Source of the DNA: Alphaproteobacteria bacterium
GTDB taxonomy: Bacteria; Pseudomonadota; Alphaproteobacteria; Methylaequorales; Methylaequoraceae
NCBI GenBank assembly: GCA_045563025.1
Contig: JBJKUS010000008.1
Span: forward strand, 205,554-269,553
DNA length: 64,000 bases
Direction of reading: 5' to 3'
A program made the translations under genes and the position numbers. The notes beneath the pieces are model-generated. The model worked only from the letters and a program-made list of their open reading frames with translations. It made no database searches and was not told where the DNA came from. This document shows positions 50,821 to 59,956 of the stretch, piece after piece (positions within the stretch are counted from its first letter, which is position 1; every line of letters starts with the position of its first letter).

Positions 50821-50854
50821 TCACTATATTTATAGTGCGTTCATCTTAGGTGAA
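50821..50854. promoter_or_regulatory. Two tandem palindromes in the pqqA promoter region: CACTATA-tt-TATAGTG and GTTCA-N7-TGAAC
   Basis: Perfect 7-bp arms (50821-50836) followed directly by 5-bp arms (50838-50854), 30-60 nt upstream of the pqqA ATG. The TATAGTG arm could double as a -10 element. Confidence 0.35.
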
Positions 50855-50884
50855 CATAATCCAAACTATAACAAGGAGTAAATT

Positions 50885-50962
50885 ATGGCTTGGACTAAAC
50901 CAATGATTTCAGAGATCTCTGTAGGTCTTGAAATCAATTCTTACGCTTGCGCTGAGAAGTAA
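50885..50962 (+). CDS. pqqA: Coenzyme PQQ precursor peptide PqqA
   Basis: 25-aa ORF MAWTKPMISEISVGLEINSYACAEK, preceded by the RBS AAGGAG. It has the hallmark W-K-P…E-X3-Y (E16…Y20) cross-linking residues and sits immediately upstream of pqqBCDE. It is absent from the ORF track because of its size. Confidence 0.85.
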   Translation: MAWTKPMISEISVGLEINSYACAEK

Positions 50963-50980
50963 TTTTTAGCATAAGCAAAA

Positions 50981-51018
50981 GCCCCTTAAGACTAATTAGC
51001 CTTGAGGGGCATTTTTTA
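50981..51018 (+). terminator. Intrinsic terminator/attenuator hairpin between pqqA and pqqB
   Basis: GCCCCTTAAG…CTTGAGGGGC stem (10 bp with one G·U) followed by ATTTTTT. A pqqA-pqqB attenuator is common and gives excess PqqA transcript. Confidence 0.6.
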
Positions 51019-51055
51019 AGTTTTAAATAAATTTTGAATTATTGGGATTGAGTTT

Positions 51056-51988
51056 GTGTTAAAGGTTCTTATTTTAGGTTCAGCAGCAGGTGGTGGTTCT
51101 CCTCAATGGAATTGTAACAGTGATGTTAGCAAAGCCGTTAGAGGAAGGGTGGCTGGTACTTCTCCGAGAACACAATCATCAATAGTCGTTACTGCTAATG
51201 ACGACGAATGGTTTTTGTTTAATGCTTCACCTGACTTGGGTTCTCAAATTTTAAATAATGAACAGATGCATCCTCAAAAGGGTTTGCGTCATAGTCCAAT
51301 CAGTGGTGTGGTCTTGACAAATGGTGACGTTGATCATGTTGCTGGACTTTTAACTCTTAGAGAAAGACAAAATTTATCAGTTTATGCCCATTCCAGAGTA
51401 CATAACGTTTTAAAAGATAATTCAATATTTAACGTTCTTAACCCAGAATATGTTGATAGAAGAGAAATGAAAATGAACAATTCTTTTGAATTGACTAACA
51501 AAGAAGGGAAAGGTTCGGGAATAATGGTTGAAGCGTTTGAAGTCCCTGGTAAAATTGCCTTATGGTTAGAGGACGAAAGCAAAGGAGAAAACTTCGGAAC
51601 TCAAGAGGGTGATACAATTGGACTTAAAATATCATCAAAAGATACCGATGAATCTTTCTTTTACATTCCCGCTTGCGCAAAAATGACTGAAGAGTTATCA
51701 AAAAGGATTGAAAATTCGGAGTTAGTTTTATTTGATGGAACGTTGTGGAAAAATGATGAAATGGCATCAAGTAAAGTAGGAGAGAAAACTGGACAACGAA
51801 TGGGACATATGAACAATTCTGGTCCGGATGGGTCAATGGAGGCTTTTAAAAACCTTAATGTAAAAAAAAAAATATTTATTCATATTAATACTACCAACCC
51901 AATTTTATTATCTACCTCAGATGAGAGAAAAATTGTTGAAGAAAATGGTTGGGAAGTGAGTTATGATGGAATGGAGATTAAATTATGA
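51056..51988 (+). CDS. pqqB: Coenzyme PQQ synthesis protein B (metallo-beta-lactamase fold)
   Basis: MLKVLILGSAAGGGSPQWNCN and the PqqB-type HxHxDH-like region (…GDVDHVAGLL…). Confidence 0.85.
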   Translation: MLKVLILGSAAGGGSPQWNCNSDVSKAVRGRVAGTSPRTQSSIVVTANDDEWFLFNASPDLGSQILNNEQMHPQKGLRHSPISGVVLTNGDVDHVAGLLTLRERQNLSVYAHSRVHNVLKDNSIFNVLNPEYVDRREMKMNNSFELTNKEGKGSGIMVEAFEVPGKIALWLEDESKGENFGTQEGDTIGLKISSKDTDESFFYIPACAKMTEELSKRIENSELVLFDGTLWKNDEMASSKVGEKTGQRMGHMNNSGPDGSMEAFKNLNVKKKIFIHINTTNPILLSTSDERKIVEENGWEVSYDGMEIKL

Positions 51989-52767
51989 AAAACTTAGCTT
52001 TAAAAACAAATTCAGAAATAGACCCTATGTCTAAAACAGAGTTTATTCAAAAGTTGCGGGATATTGGAAAAGAAAGATATCACGATAACTGTAAATTTCA
52101 TCACCTACTTCACTCTGGTAAGCTAAATAAAGGACAGGTTCAGGCTTGGGCCTTAAACAGATACTATTATCAGATTAACATTTCTATAAAAGATTCTGCA
52201 TTAATGTCAAGAATAAAGAATCCAGAGCTAAGGCGAGTATGGATTAAAAGGATTCTGGACCATGATGGAAGAAAACATGACGAGGGTGGTATAGAAAGGT
52301 GGTACAGATTAACTGACGGTTTAGGTTTGGATAGAGATTATGTGAAATCAACGGAAGGGATATTACCTGCTACGAAATTTGCTGTTGACGCATATGTGAA
52401 TTTCGTACAGCAAAAATCTCTTCTTGAAGGAATAACTTCATCTTTAACAGAACTTTTTGCACCTAAAATTCATAAAGAAAGAATATCAGGTATGCTTGAA
52501 AATTACGATTTTGTGAATGATATTACGATGGCATATTTTAAGAAACGAGTTGATCAGGCTACTGATGACGCCGACTTTGTTTTAGATTACGCCGTTAATA
52601 ATGCAAAGACTAGAATTGAGCAAGAATCTGTGTGTAACGCATTAAAATTTAAAACTGATGTCTTGTGGGTACAACAAGATGCACTTTATCATGCATACAT
52701 TAATGGGCATGTGCCACCAGGCGCTTTTATGCCAGAGGATTTTAATGACAGATATACTGAAGATTGA
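51985..52767 (+). CDS. pqqC: Pyrroloquinoline-quinone synthase
   Basis: The PqqC signature …KFHHLLHSGKLNKGQVQAWALNRYYYQ… is present. The start overlaps the pqqB stop (ATGA). Confidence 0.85.
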   Translation: MKNLALKTNSEIDPMSKTEFIQKLRDIGKERYHDNCKFHHLLHSGKLNKGQVQAWALNRYYYQINISIKDSALMSRIKNPELRRVWIKRILDHDGRKHDEGGIERWYRLTDGLGLDRDYVKSTEGILPATKFAVDAYVNFVQQKSLLEGITSSLTELFAPKIHKERISGMLENYDFVNDITMAYFKKRVDQATDDADFVLDYAVNNAKTRIEQESVCNALKFKTDVLWVQQDALYHAYINGHVPPGAFMPEDFNDRYTED

Positions 52768-53041
52768 AGATGAAACTGTTCCTAGATTTCCAAAACACGT
52801 CAAATTCAGGCATAATAAGGCCCGAGATGAATGGGTTATTCTTGCGCCTGAAAGGCTTGTTAACCTTGATCAAATTGCAGTGGAGATTCTAAAAATGGTT
52901 GACGGAGAAAAAAAAGTGAAGGAGATTTCTGCTGAATTAAGTAAAAAATTTAATGCTCCCGAAGAAACAATAATCTCTGATGTAAAAGAGATGCTTCAAG
53001 ACTTATCAGACAAGGGGTTTATAGAGGAAAAAAATGGATGA
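52745..53041 (+). CDS. pqqD: PQQ synthesis peptide chaperone PqqD
   Basis: 98 aa MTDILKIEDETVPRFPKHVKFRHNKARDEWVILAPERLVNLDQIAVEIL…. It is a typical PqqD, and the start overlaps the pqqC 3′ end. The track's longer start at 52658 lies inside pqqC. Confidence 0.8.
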   Translation: MTDILKIEDETVPRFPKHVKFRHNKARDEWVILAPERLVNLDQIAVEILKMVDGEKKVKEISAELSKKFNAPEETIISDVKEMLQDLSDKGFIEEKNG

Positions 53042-54179
53042 TGTAAAAAAAACAAACTTAAAAAAAGCATCTGAGCATGGAATTCAAGCTCCTTTGGCTC
53101 TTTTAGCTGAATTGTCACATAGATGTCCCTTGCAATGCCCATATTGTTCAAATCCAGTGCAACTCGAGAAAAAAACAGGTGAACTCACAACTGACGAATG
53201 GAAATCGGTAATAGATCAAGCGGTTGAAATGGGTATGCATCAAATTCATTTGTCAGGCGGAGAGCCAACCGTTCGGCATGATTTAGAGGATATTATTGAG
53301 CATTGTAATAAACAAGGACTTTACACTAATCTAATTACATCAGGTGTGCTACTCAATCTTGATAGGTTAAAGAAGCTAGAGTCGCTTGGTTTGGAACATG
53401 TACAGCTTTCATTTCAGGATACAGACAATGAGAATGCAGATAGAATAGGAGGCTTTAAGGGTGGTCATTCAAAAAAACTTGAAGTTGCAAAATGGGTCAG
53501 AGAAGTTGAACTACCTCTAACTTGTAATTGTGTTGTCCACAGACAAAATATTGACAATTTAGAAAATTTTATTCAGATGGCTTTGGATTTAGATGCTGAA
53601 AGAGTTGAAATAGCCCAGGTTCAATATTATGGATGGGCATTAAAAAATAGAGCCGCATTTATTCCAACTCCTGAGCAGCTTGATCACGCTACAGAAATTG
53701 TTGAGAAAGCAAGAGTGGATTTGAAAGGGAAGTTGGTTATTGATTACGTAATACCTGATTATTATGCCAAACATCCAAAAAATTGTATGGGTGGTTGGGG
53801 AAGAAGATTTTTGAATATGAATCCAAAAGGAGACGTCTTACCATGCCATGCTGCAGAAACAATTCCCCATCTTAAGTTTGATAATGTACGAGAAAAGAGT
53901 TTAAAGTGGATTTGGGAAAACTCTGAAGCTTTCAACATATACAGAGGAACAGACTGGATGCCAGATCCTTGCAAATCATGTGATAGAAAAGAAATAGATT
54001 GGGGAGGTTGCAGATGCCAAGCTATGGCATTAACAGGTGACGCCAAGAATACAGACCCTGCATGCTCTATATCTCCACTCCATAACGAAATTTTTTCAAT
54101 GGCGGCTGAGGAAGCTAAAAGAGCTCCACCTGAGTTTATATACAGAAGATATGGAGTAAGGTTTAATTCACCAATCTAA
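53034..54179 (+). CDS. pqqE: PqqA peptide cyclase PqqE (radical SAM/SPASM)
   Basis: The CPLQCPYCSN radical-SAM cluster motif and a C-terminal SPASM Cys cluster (…CKSCDRKEIDWGGCRCQA…) are present. Confidence 0.85.
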   Translation: MDDVKKTNLKKASEHGIQAPLALLAELSHRCPLQCPYCSNPVQLEKKTGELTTDEWKSVIDQAVEMGMHQIHLSGGEPTVRHDLEDIIEHCNKQGLYTNLITSGVLLNLDRLKKLESLGLEHVQLSFQDTDNENADRIGGFKGGHSKKLEVAKWVREVELPLTCNCVVHRQNIDNLENFIQMALDLDAERVEIAQVQYYGWALKNRAAFIPTPEQLDHATEIVEKARVDLKGKLVIDYVIPDYYAKHPKNCMGGWGRRFLNMNPKGDVLPCHAAETIPHLKFDNVREKSLKWIWENSEAFNIYRGTDWMPDPCKSCDRKEIDWGGCRCQAMALTGDAKNTDPACSISPLHNEIFSMAAEEAKRAPPEFIYRRYGVRFNSPI

Positions 54180-54286
54180 CCTAAATTGTTTAGAATGATA
54201 ATCATTATCACTATCATTATCGTTGACAAACATTGATTTCATCCCCAGATATACAACTAACAAAATATAAAAAAAAGGATGTAAAA

Positions 54287-54718
54287 ATGAAAAAAATTTT
54301 TCTAACTCTACTCTTTGTAATGTTTTCAGCAAATGCATTCGCAGCAGATGTTACAATAAAAATGTTAAATAAAAATAAAGAAACCAAAAAAAGAATGGTT
54401 TATAGCCAAGAACTTGTAAAAATAGATGCTGGCCAATCCATTGAGTGGGTTCCAACTGATAAGGGACATAATGTTGAAATGTTAGCTGGTCCTGACGGTT
54501 ACGATATGCCAAAAAAAACAAAACTAAATGATCCAGTAACCATAACCTTTAGTGTTCCCGGAATATACCTTTATCAATGCTCTCCACATGCTGCATTGGG
54601 AATGATTGGTTTAATTGTTGTTGGAGGAGATACATCTAATATGAACGCGATTAAGTCTAAAAAATTAACTGGTTCTAAATCCAAGAAAAAAAGAGATAAG
54701 TTATTGGATAGTATTTGA
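54287..54718 (+). CDS. Pseudoazurin-type blue copper protein (cupredoxin)
   Basis: Signal peptide MKKIFLTLLFVMFSANAFA. The type-1 Cu ligands are His (…DKGHNVE…) and C-x-P-H-x4-M (YQCSPHAALGM). The RBS AAGGA precedes the ATG at 54287. The track's TTG at 54233 adds 18 aa with no signal peptide. Confidence 0.75.
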   Translation: MKKIFLTLLFVMFSANAFAADVTIKMLNKNKETKKRMVYSQELVKIDAGQSIEWVPTDKGHNVEMLAGPDGYDMPKKTKLNDPVTITFSVPGIYLYQCSPHAALGMIGLIVVGGDTSNMNAIKSKKLTGSKSKKKRDKLLDSI

Positions 54719-54744
54719 TATGACCACATAAATTGTAAAATTAA

Positions 54745-54771
54745 GCCCAGAATTTTTTCTGGGCTTTTTTT
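54745..54771. terminator. Bidirectional intrinsic terminator between the convergent pseudoazurin and xoxJ genes
   Basis: GCCCAGAA-TTTT-TTCTGGGC hairpin flanked by an A-run upstream and a T-run downstream. Confidence 0.6.
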
Positions 54772-54899
54772 ATAAAAACATTTCAGTTACTTAAGAAGAT
54801 GCCTTCGCATATTAATTCTCCTTTTTAAATTACCAAAAATAAAACAGTAAAGGTATTAACAAATTCAGGTTTGTTAGTGTTAAGCTATTAATAAGTTTA

Positions 54900-55772
54900 T
54901 TATTTAACGGGAGCTCTTCCTTTAATAAGTGCATCAGTGGTGCTATCAAATTTTTTTCTTTTACCTGGTTTAAGGGTTAAAGTAGGAATGCTATGTTTAG
55001 CTAGTATTTTATCAATATCTTTTTGATTTTCTTTTATAAACTTGTTTAGTTTTTTTTTCCAATCAGTTTCGCCATCTCTTACTCCCATAGTTGTATAATA
55101 ATCCATTCTACCCCAGCCTTGGTCTGTTGTTTCAAGGGGGATAAATTCGTATTTACTTTCATCAAATCCTTTTTTTTTGAGGTAGTAAACCGCAATTGGT
55201 CCCGACATAAAGACTATATCTACTAGGCCATCAATTAAATCTTCAATCATTGATTCTCCTATAACGGCTTTGCGAGGGTCGAATGTAAGATTGTAGGGTC
55301 TTACTCTTCCCATTAAGTTATATCTTTGTAAAACAAATGTTGGGGGAGTGCCTGCTTGAACGCCAATACTCAGTTCAGCTAATTGGGGGTGATTTGGTCT
55401 GTCAACTTCAATACCATTGTCCTTGAGAAACAACATACCATAGGACCATCTCATGTAAGGGACAGTGTTTAGAACTAAATCGTTACCAGCTGTAATCCCA
55501 ATTATTATGTCACACTTTTTTTTGTTTAAAGTGTTTCGAACATAGCCTATGACTTGAGGGAAATAATCATAGACTACTGGTATACCGAGTTTCTCACCCA
55601 ATAATTCAGCGATATCATTTTCAAATCCCTCACCATTTTCATTTGAGAATGGTAAGTTAGAAGGATCGGCACATACTCTTAAATTTTGTGTATCAACAGC
55701 TTCTATTGCTGATTCTCTAGCATTGGCTTGGATATTAAAAACCAATGCTAGAATCAGTAAATAAATGTGCAT
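54900..55772 (-). CDS. xoxJ: XoxJ (MxaJ-like periplasmic binding protein associated with methanol dehydrogenase)
   Basis: Signal peptide and a family-3 solute-binding-protein-like fold. It is the third gene of xoxF-xoxG-xoxJ. Confidence 0.7.
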   Translation of the reverse strand: MHIYLLILALVFNIQANARESAIEAVDTQNLRVCADPSNLPFSNENGEGFENDIAELLGEKLGIPVVYDYFPQVIGYVRNTLNKKKCDIIIGITAGNDLVLNTVPYMRWSYGMLFLKDNGIEVDRPNHPQLAELSIGVQAGTPPTFVLQRYNLMGRVRPYNLTFDPRKAVIGESMIEDLIDGLVDIVFMSGPIAVYYLKKKGFDESKYEFIPLETTDQGWGRMDYYTTMGVRDGETDWKKKLNKFIKENQKDIDKILAKHSIPTLTLKPGKRKKFDSTTDALIKGRAPVK

Positions 55773-55778
55773 TTATGA

Positions 55779-56396
55779 TTATTCAACTTCTTTGAATTTT
55801 GGTAATTTAGGAAGTCTTACACCTCTTCTAATCTTACCATCAGCTCTTGCTTTTACGTATCTGTACATATCTTCAACGTGCGGAGCAACGTTAGTGTTGG
55901 CTCCAAAAGCGGGCATTACATTACCTTTTTGAGCCCCTTCCGCTTCGCCTCTACCGTTCATAATTACAGCATACCAATCATCAAAAGATAAACCTTGTTG
56001 TATGGAAGTCATCAGTGATGGGGCATATGTGCTACCCATTGCGTCTGGACCGTGACAAACATGACATTCTGCATGATATGCTCTCCAACCTTTATATGTT
56101 GCAAAATCCATCCAACCATATTGCATCTCTACTAAACTGTCGTCGGCTCTGCACGCTTCAAGATCATCATCCGAAACCATATCTACAGCTTGATCTTTAC
56201 ATTTAATTTGAATTAAATTAAGTGGGGTCCCATCTTCCTTAAGTCTGTCACCTTTACCATACTTAATAATGTATGTAGGGTTATCATCGTCATCAAAGGC
56301 TGGTTCCACAGCTTCGGGAGTAGGGATAGCTTTAGCACTGAAACTAACGGCTAAAAACAGGGTTAAAGTTAAGACGTTAAATTGTATTTTCCTCAT
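55779..56396 (-). CDS. xoxG: XoxG, cytochrome cL-type electron acceptor of XoxF
   Basis: Signal peptide and a single heme site CHVCHG. It sits directly downstream of xoxF. Confidence 0.75.
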   Translation of the reverse strand: MRKIQFNVLTLTLFLAVSFSAKAIPTPEAVEPAFDDDDNPTYIIKYGKGDRLKEDGTPLNLIQIKCKDQAVDMVSDDDLEACRADDSLVEMQYGWMDFATYKGWRAYHAECHVCHGPDAMGSTYAPSLMTSIQQGLSFDDWYAVIMNGRGEAEGAQKGNVMPAFGANTNVAPHVEDMYRYVKARADGKIRRGVRLPKLPKFKEVE

Positions 56397-56485
56397 ATTA
56401 AATATCCTAGTAAATTCATTATAAAAATTATTATTATTTATATTGTAAATTACACCCTAGATGCAACTAATTTTTCTATAATTTT

Positions 56486-56514
56486 TAAAAAAAAAGCCCG
56501 AGAAAAACCCGGGC
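56486..56514 (-). terminator. Intrinsic terminator/attenuator between xoxF and xoxG
   Basis: On the minus strand this reads GCCCGGG-UUUUU-CUCGGGC followed by a U9 run, directly after the xoxF stop. The + strand also carries a T-run. Confidence 0.6.
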
Positions 56515-56545
56515 TTTTTTAATTCAGCGATCTACTGTTTCACCA

Positions 56546-58378
56546 CTACGGTAAAGCGAAGACAGTTAATACACCACCAAGAGCAGTATGATCTGCTAGT
56601 GCAGAATATGCACCCACAGCACCTAAACCTGCAGTTGGATCAGTAAGACCAGCAGCTAGACCAATTCCGGCCCATCCACCAACGCCTGATAGGATACCAA
56701 CATATTGCTTACCTTTGTGAGTGTAAGACATGAAGTTACCGATAATACCAGATGGTGTTTTGAACGAGAATAGTTCTTTACCAGTTTTACTTTCAACAGC
56801 TTTAGCATAACCTTCTAACGTACCGTAGAAAGTAATACCACCAGCAGTAGCCATAGCACCACTCCATACAGAGAATGGCTCAGGGTTAGACCATACGATC
56901 TTACCTTTATCAGCATCCCATCCAATGAAGTTACCTAAGTGAGTTCCGCCTGGAGCTGGGTACATTGATAATGTAGCACCAACATAAGCGTTACCAGCTA
57001 CATAGTCTACCTTGAATGGTTCATAATCCATACAAACGTGGTTTGTTGGAACCATGAATAAACCAGATAGTCTATCGTAAGCAGCAGGCTGTTGGTCTTT
57101 TGTACCTAGAGCTGCTGGGCAGATGTTAGTTGTGTTAACATCTTCACCTTGGTGTGCAGTTGAATATCTGTCAACAACTTGTGGACGACCAGTTTTCATA
57201 TCAACGTGAGTTGCCCAGTTAACAGCTGGATCGTACTTTTCAGCGACTAAAAGTTCGCCTGAAGCTCTATCCATTGTATAAGCAAAACCGTTTCTGTCGA
57301 AATGCACAAGTGCTTGACGATTTTTACCTTTGACTTTCATGTCAACAAGAATCATCTCGTTAACTCCGTCATAATCCCACTCATCATATGGAGTCATTTG
57401 ATATAACCATTTAGCCATACCATTGTCTGGGTTACGAGCGTTGATAGTCATAGACCATTTGTTGTCACCAGGACGAACAACTGGGTTCCATGTAGATGGG
57501 TTACCAGTACCGTAGTACAAAGTATTTAATTTAGAGTCATAACCGTAGAAACCCCAAATTGAACCACCACCAATTTTCCATGCATCACCAGGCCAAGTTT
57601 TCAATGAAGAATCCTTACCAATTGGTTTTAACATAGATGTAGTTTTGTTTGGATCAACAAGCATATCCTTATCTGGACCCATGCTGTATGCTCTCCAAAG
57701 CTTCTTACCGTTTTTGATGTCATAACTTGTCCAGTTACATCTAACACCAAATTCAGCGCCAGAACAACCAACACCTACAGTATCTTTGATGATGAACGGT
57801 TGACCTGAACCAGTAGATGCAGAAACACCATATTTACCAGTACCAGCGTGTAGATTTGTTGTAATCCACTTCTCTTTACCAGTTTTAGCGTCTAATGCAA
57901 TTACTGAAGTATCAGCAGCGTGTAGAACGATTGTGCCATTTGGATGGTAGTTAACACCACGGTTTACGTTATCACAGCACATAACTGAAATAACTCTGTC
58001 CATAGTTTCACCACCTGGATACTTACCACCTTTTACAGGGTTGTATTTCCAAATGATTCTTTGGTTATCATTAAGATCTAAAGCGTACACAATGTTAGGG
58101 ATAGCTGTATGTACATACATTGTATCACCAATTACAAGTGGTCCACCTTCGTGACCTCTAAGTACACCAGTAGAAAAAGTCCAAGCGACTTTTAAGCTAC
58201 TAACGTTACTTTTATTAATTTGATCCAAAGAAGAGTAACGGTGACCAGCGTAATCGCCAGACTGTTGTACCCATTGACTTGGATCTTTCATCATTTTTTC
58301 CAACTTAGAGTTAGCACTTACTGCAAGAGGAAGAGCTAAAGCAGCTGAAGCAATGATGCTTTTTTTCAAAATACTCAT
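56546..58378 (-). CDS. xoxF: Lanthanide-dependent PQQ methanol dehydrogenase XoxF
   Basis: Signal peptide [22 protein letters not shown] after the RBS GGAG. Vicinal disulfide CC (ISVMCCDNV). The eight-bladed PQQ propeller W-motifs are present. [13 protein letters not shown] carries the lanthanide-coordinating Asp of XoxF (MxaF has DYAG). I start at 58378 rather than the track's 58417. Confidence 0.9.
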   Translation of the reverse strand: MSILKKSIIASAALALPLAVSANSKLEKMMKDPSQWVQQSGDYAGHRYSSLDQINKSNVSSLKVAWTFSTGVLRGHEGGPLVIGDTMYVHTAIPNIVYALDLNDNQRIIWKYNPVKGGKYPGGETMDRVISVMCCDNVNRGVNYHPNGTIVLHAADTSVIALDAKTGKEKWITTNLHAGTGKYGVSASTGSGQPFIIKDTVGVGCSGAEFGVRCNWTSYDIKNGKKLWRAYSMGPDKDMLVDPNKTTSMLKPIGKDSSLKTWPGDAWKIGGGSIWGFYGYDSKLNTLYYGTGNPSTWNPVVRPGDNKWSMTINARNPDNGMAKWLYQMTPYDEWDYDGVNEMILVDMKVKGKNRQALVHFDRNGFAYTMDRASGELLVAEKYDPAVNWATHVDMKTGRPQVVDRYSTAHQGEDVNTTNICPAALGTKDQQPAAYDRLSGLFMVPTNHVCMDYEPFKVDYVAGNAYVGATLSMYPAPGGTHLGNFIGWDADKGKIVWSNPEPFSVWSGAMATAGGITFYGTLEGYAKAVESKTGKELFSFKTPSGIIGNFMSYTHKGKQYVGILSGVGGWAGIGLAAGLTDPTAGLGAVGAYSALADHTALGGVLTVFALP

Positions 58379-58785
58379 AAAGTATTTCTCCTTTATTACG
58401 GTTAATATTATGGGCAAATGCCCGGTTTTGTAGGAATCAAAACCATAACAAAGAAGTTGTTAGGTTATTTGATTTCCTCCCATTGTTATATTATTAGTGA
58501 ATACCTCTAATTCAAGAAAAAAATGAATGGTAGATGAACAGAAATGCGATATGAATATCTTTTTTTCAAAAAATACATTAAATTCAATATCTTACAGCAA
58601 ATTTTCTGTTGATAAAAAGTTGTGGATAAAATTTGATAAATGAACATAAGATGAATAAAATAATTAATATTTGTTCAGAAATTAAAAAAAAGCAGTAAAA
58701 TCAATGTTTTAAAAACCTTTTTTTTTCTTGTTCTGGATATGATTTATCAATAGTGCTATATATATAAGTATATAACATACGTAAT

Positions 58786-59619
58786 GTGATAAATTATATG
58801 AATATTTTGAGATTAATTTCTATATTTTTTCTTCTGACTTCAGCAGGATTTGTTGTTTTGGCCAAGGATAAACCACCTGAACCCATAACTTGGAATGAAA
58901 ATTTGAAAGAACTCTTATATGATGAGGATGAAACAATTCTTGATGGTTCTAAACTTTTTTCACTTCAGACTCCCTACAGAGCTCTTGATGCCGCCATTGT
59001 TCCAATCACAATTAACTTCAAACAAGATCAAGTAATTGAAAAACATGTTAAATCTTTAATTTTAATTGTTGATGAAAATCCCTCTCCTGTAGTATCAAAG
59101 TTTAAATTCAATACAAAGACGGGCAATGCCAGTTTAACGACCCGAATTCGTGTAGATAAGTATACATATGTAAGGGTTATTGCTGAAATGAATGACAATA
59201 AAAAGTATATGGTTGCCAATTATGTAAAAGCTGCGGGTGGATGCTCTGCACCTAGTCTGGCAGATATGGATTCAGTTATGGCGAGATTAGGTAAAATGAA
59301 GATGAAATTTATCAAGACGGGAGAAAAGAATAGTTTAAATCAAGCAGAGTTTTTAATTAGTCACCCAAATTTTTCCGGCCTTCAGTTTAATCAATTGACA
59401 AGATCAGAAATTCCTGCACATTTCGTTAATTCAGTGGTAGTTAAACAAGATGACGAAATTATCTTTGAGGCATCTCCTGATATATCCTTATCTGAAGATC
59501 CATCATTTATTTTTAATTATCGTGACTCAGGGGGACCGTTAGTTGTTGAGGTTGAAGACAGTGACGGCCAAAGGTTTTCAGGAAAGTTCTCATCTTCTAA
59601 CATTGCATCTTCAGAATAA
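58786..59619 (+). CDS. Quinoprotein-dehydrogenase-associated fused SoxY/SoxZ-like carrier protein
   Basis: Signal peptide. The N-terminal half ends in the SoxY-like …YVKAAGGCSAP Cys motif. The C-terminal half is SoxZ-like (…FLISHPNFSGLQ…IPAHFVNSVVVKQDDEIIFEASPDISLSEDPSFIFNY…). It is divergent from xoxF. Confidence 0.6.
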   Translation: MINYMNILRLISIFFLLTSAGFVVLAKDKPPEPITWNENLKELLYDEDETILDGSKLFSLQTPYRALDAAIVPITINFKQDQVIEKHVKSLILIVDENPSPVVSKFKFNTKTGNASLTTRIRVDKYTYVRVIAEMNDNKKYMVANYVKAAGGCSAPSLADMDSVMARLGKMKMKFIKTGEKNSLNQAEFLISHPNFSGLQFNQLTRSEIPAHFVNSVVVKQDDEIIFEASPDISLSEDPSFIFNYRDSGGPLVVEVEDSDGQRFSGKFSSSNIASSE

Positions 59620-59620
59620 A

Positions 59621-59956
59621 TTAGAAGCATTCTAACTCTGATGCAGCTTGTGCTCGGTATAATTTATCCATATGCTTTTTAGATAAACCAACACTTTTAT
59701 ATGCTTCTTCCCTTGGACTAGCTCCGTATTGTAGCCTAGCAATAGCCTCGGCCTGAGCGTATTCTTTATAAGTCATTCTTTTAGCAATTTCATCGATGGC
59801 ACAGGAACATTTTGCCATAAAGTCTCTATTAGAAGCATTTGAACTCATACAAGCAAATACAAACTCTGATCTTGCATTAGTTGGAAAATCATTTGATTTT
59901 GTGGGTGTGGAAAAAAGTAGTGGTACAAGAAAAATTAATTTAAGTATATTTTTCAT
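59621..59956 (-). CDS. Small secreted four-Cys protein (unknown function)
   Basis: Signal peptide MKNILKLIFLVPLLFSTPTKS. Cys residues at FACM, KCSC and ELEC. It is helical and Ala/Lys-rich. Confidence 0.4.
   Translation of the reverse strand: MKNILKLIFLVPLLFSTPTKSNDFPTNARSEFVFACMSSNASNRDFMAKCSCAIDEIAKRMTYKEYAQAEAIARLQYGASPREEAYKSVGLSKKHMDKLYRAQAASELECF

Noticed and set aside
52658-52744. Long form of pqqD starting inside pqqC
   Set aside because: This region is the in-frame C-terminus of PqqC in another frame. The PqqD family starts at MTDILKIED… (52745).
54233-54286. TTG-initiated extension of the pseudoazurin gene
   Set aside because: It would place 18 polar residues ahead of the signal peptide. 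The ATG at 54287 has a proper RBS (AAGGA).
58379-58417. Upstream ATG (58417) as the xoxF start
   Set aside because: It adds 13 residues ahead of a canonical signal peptide. The ATG at 58378 has a GGAG RBS 8 nt upstream.
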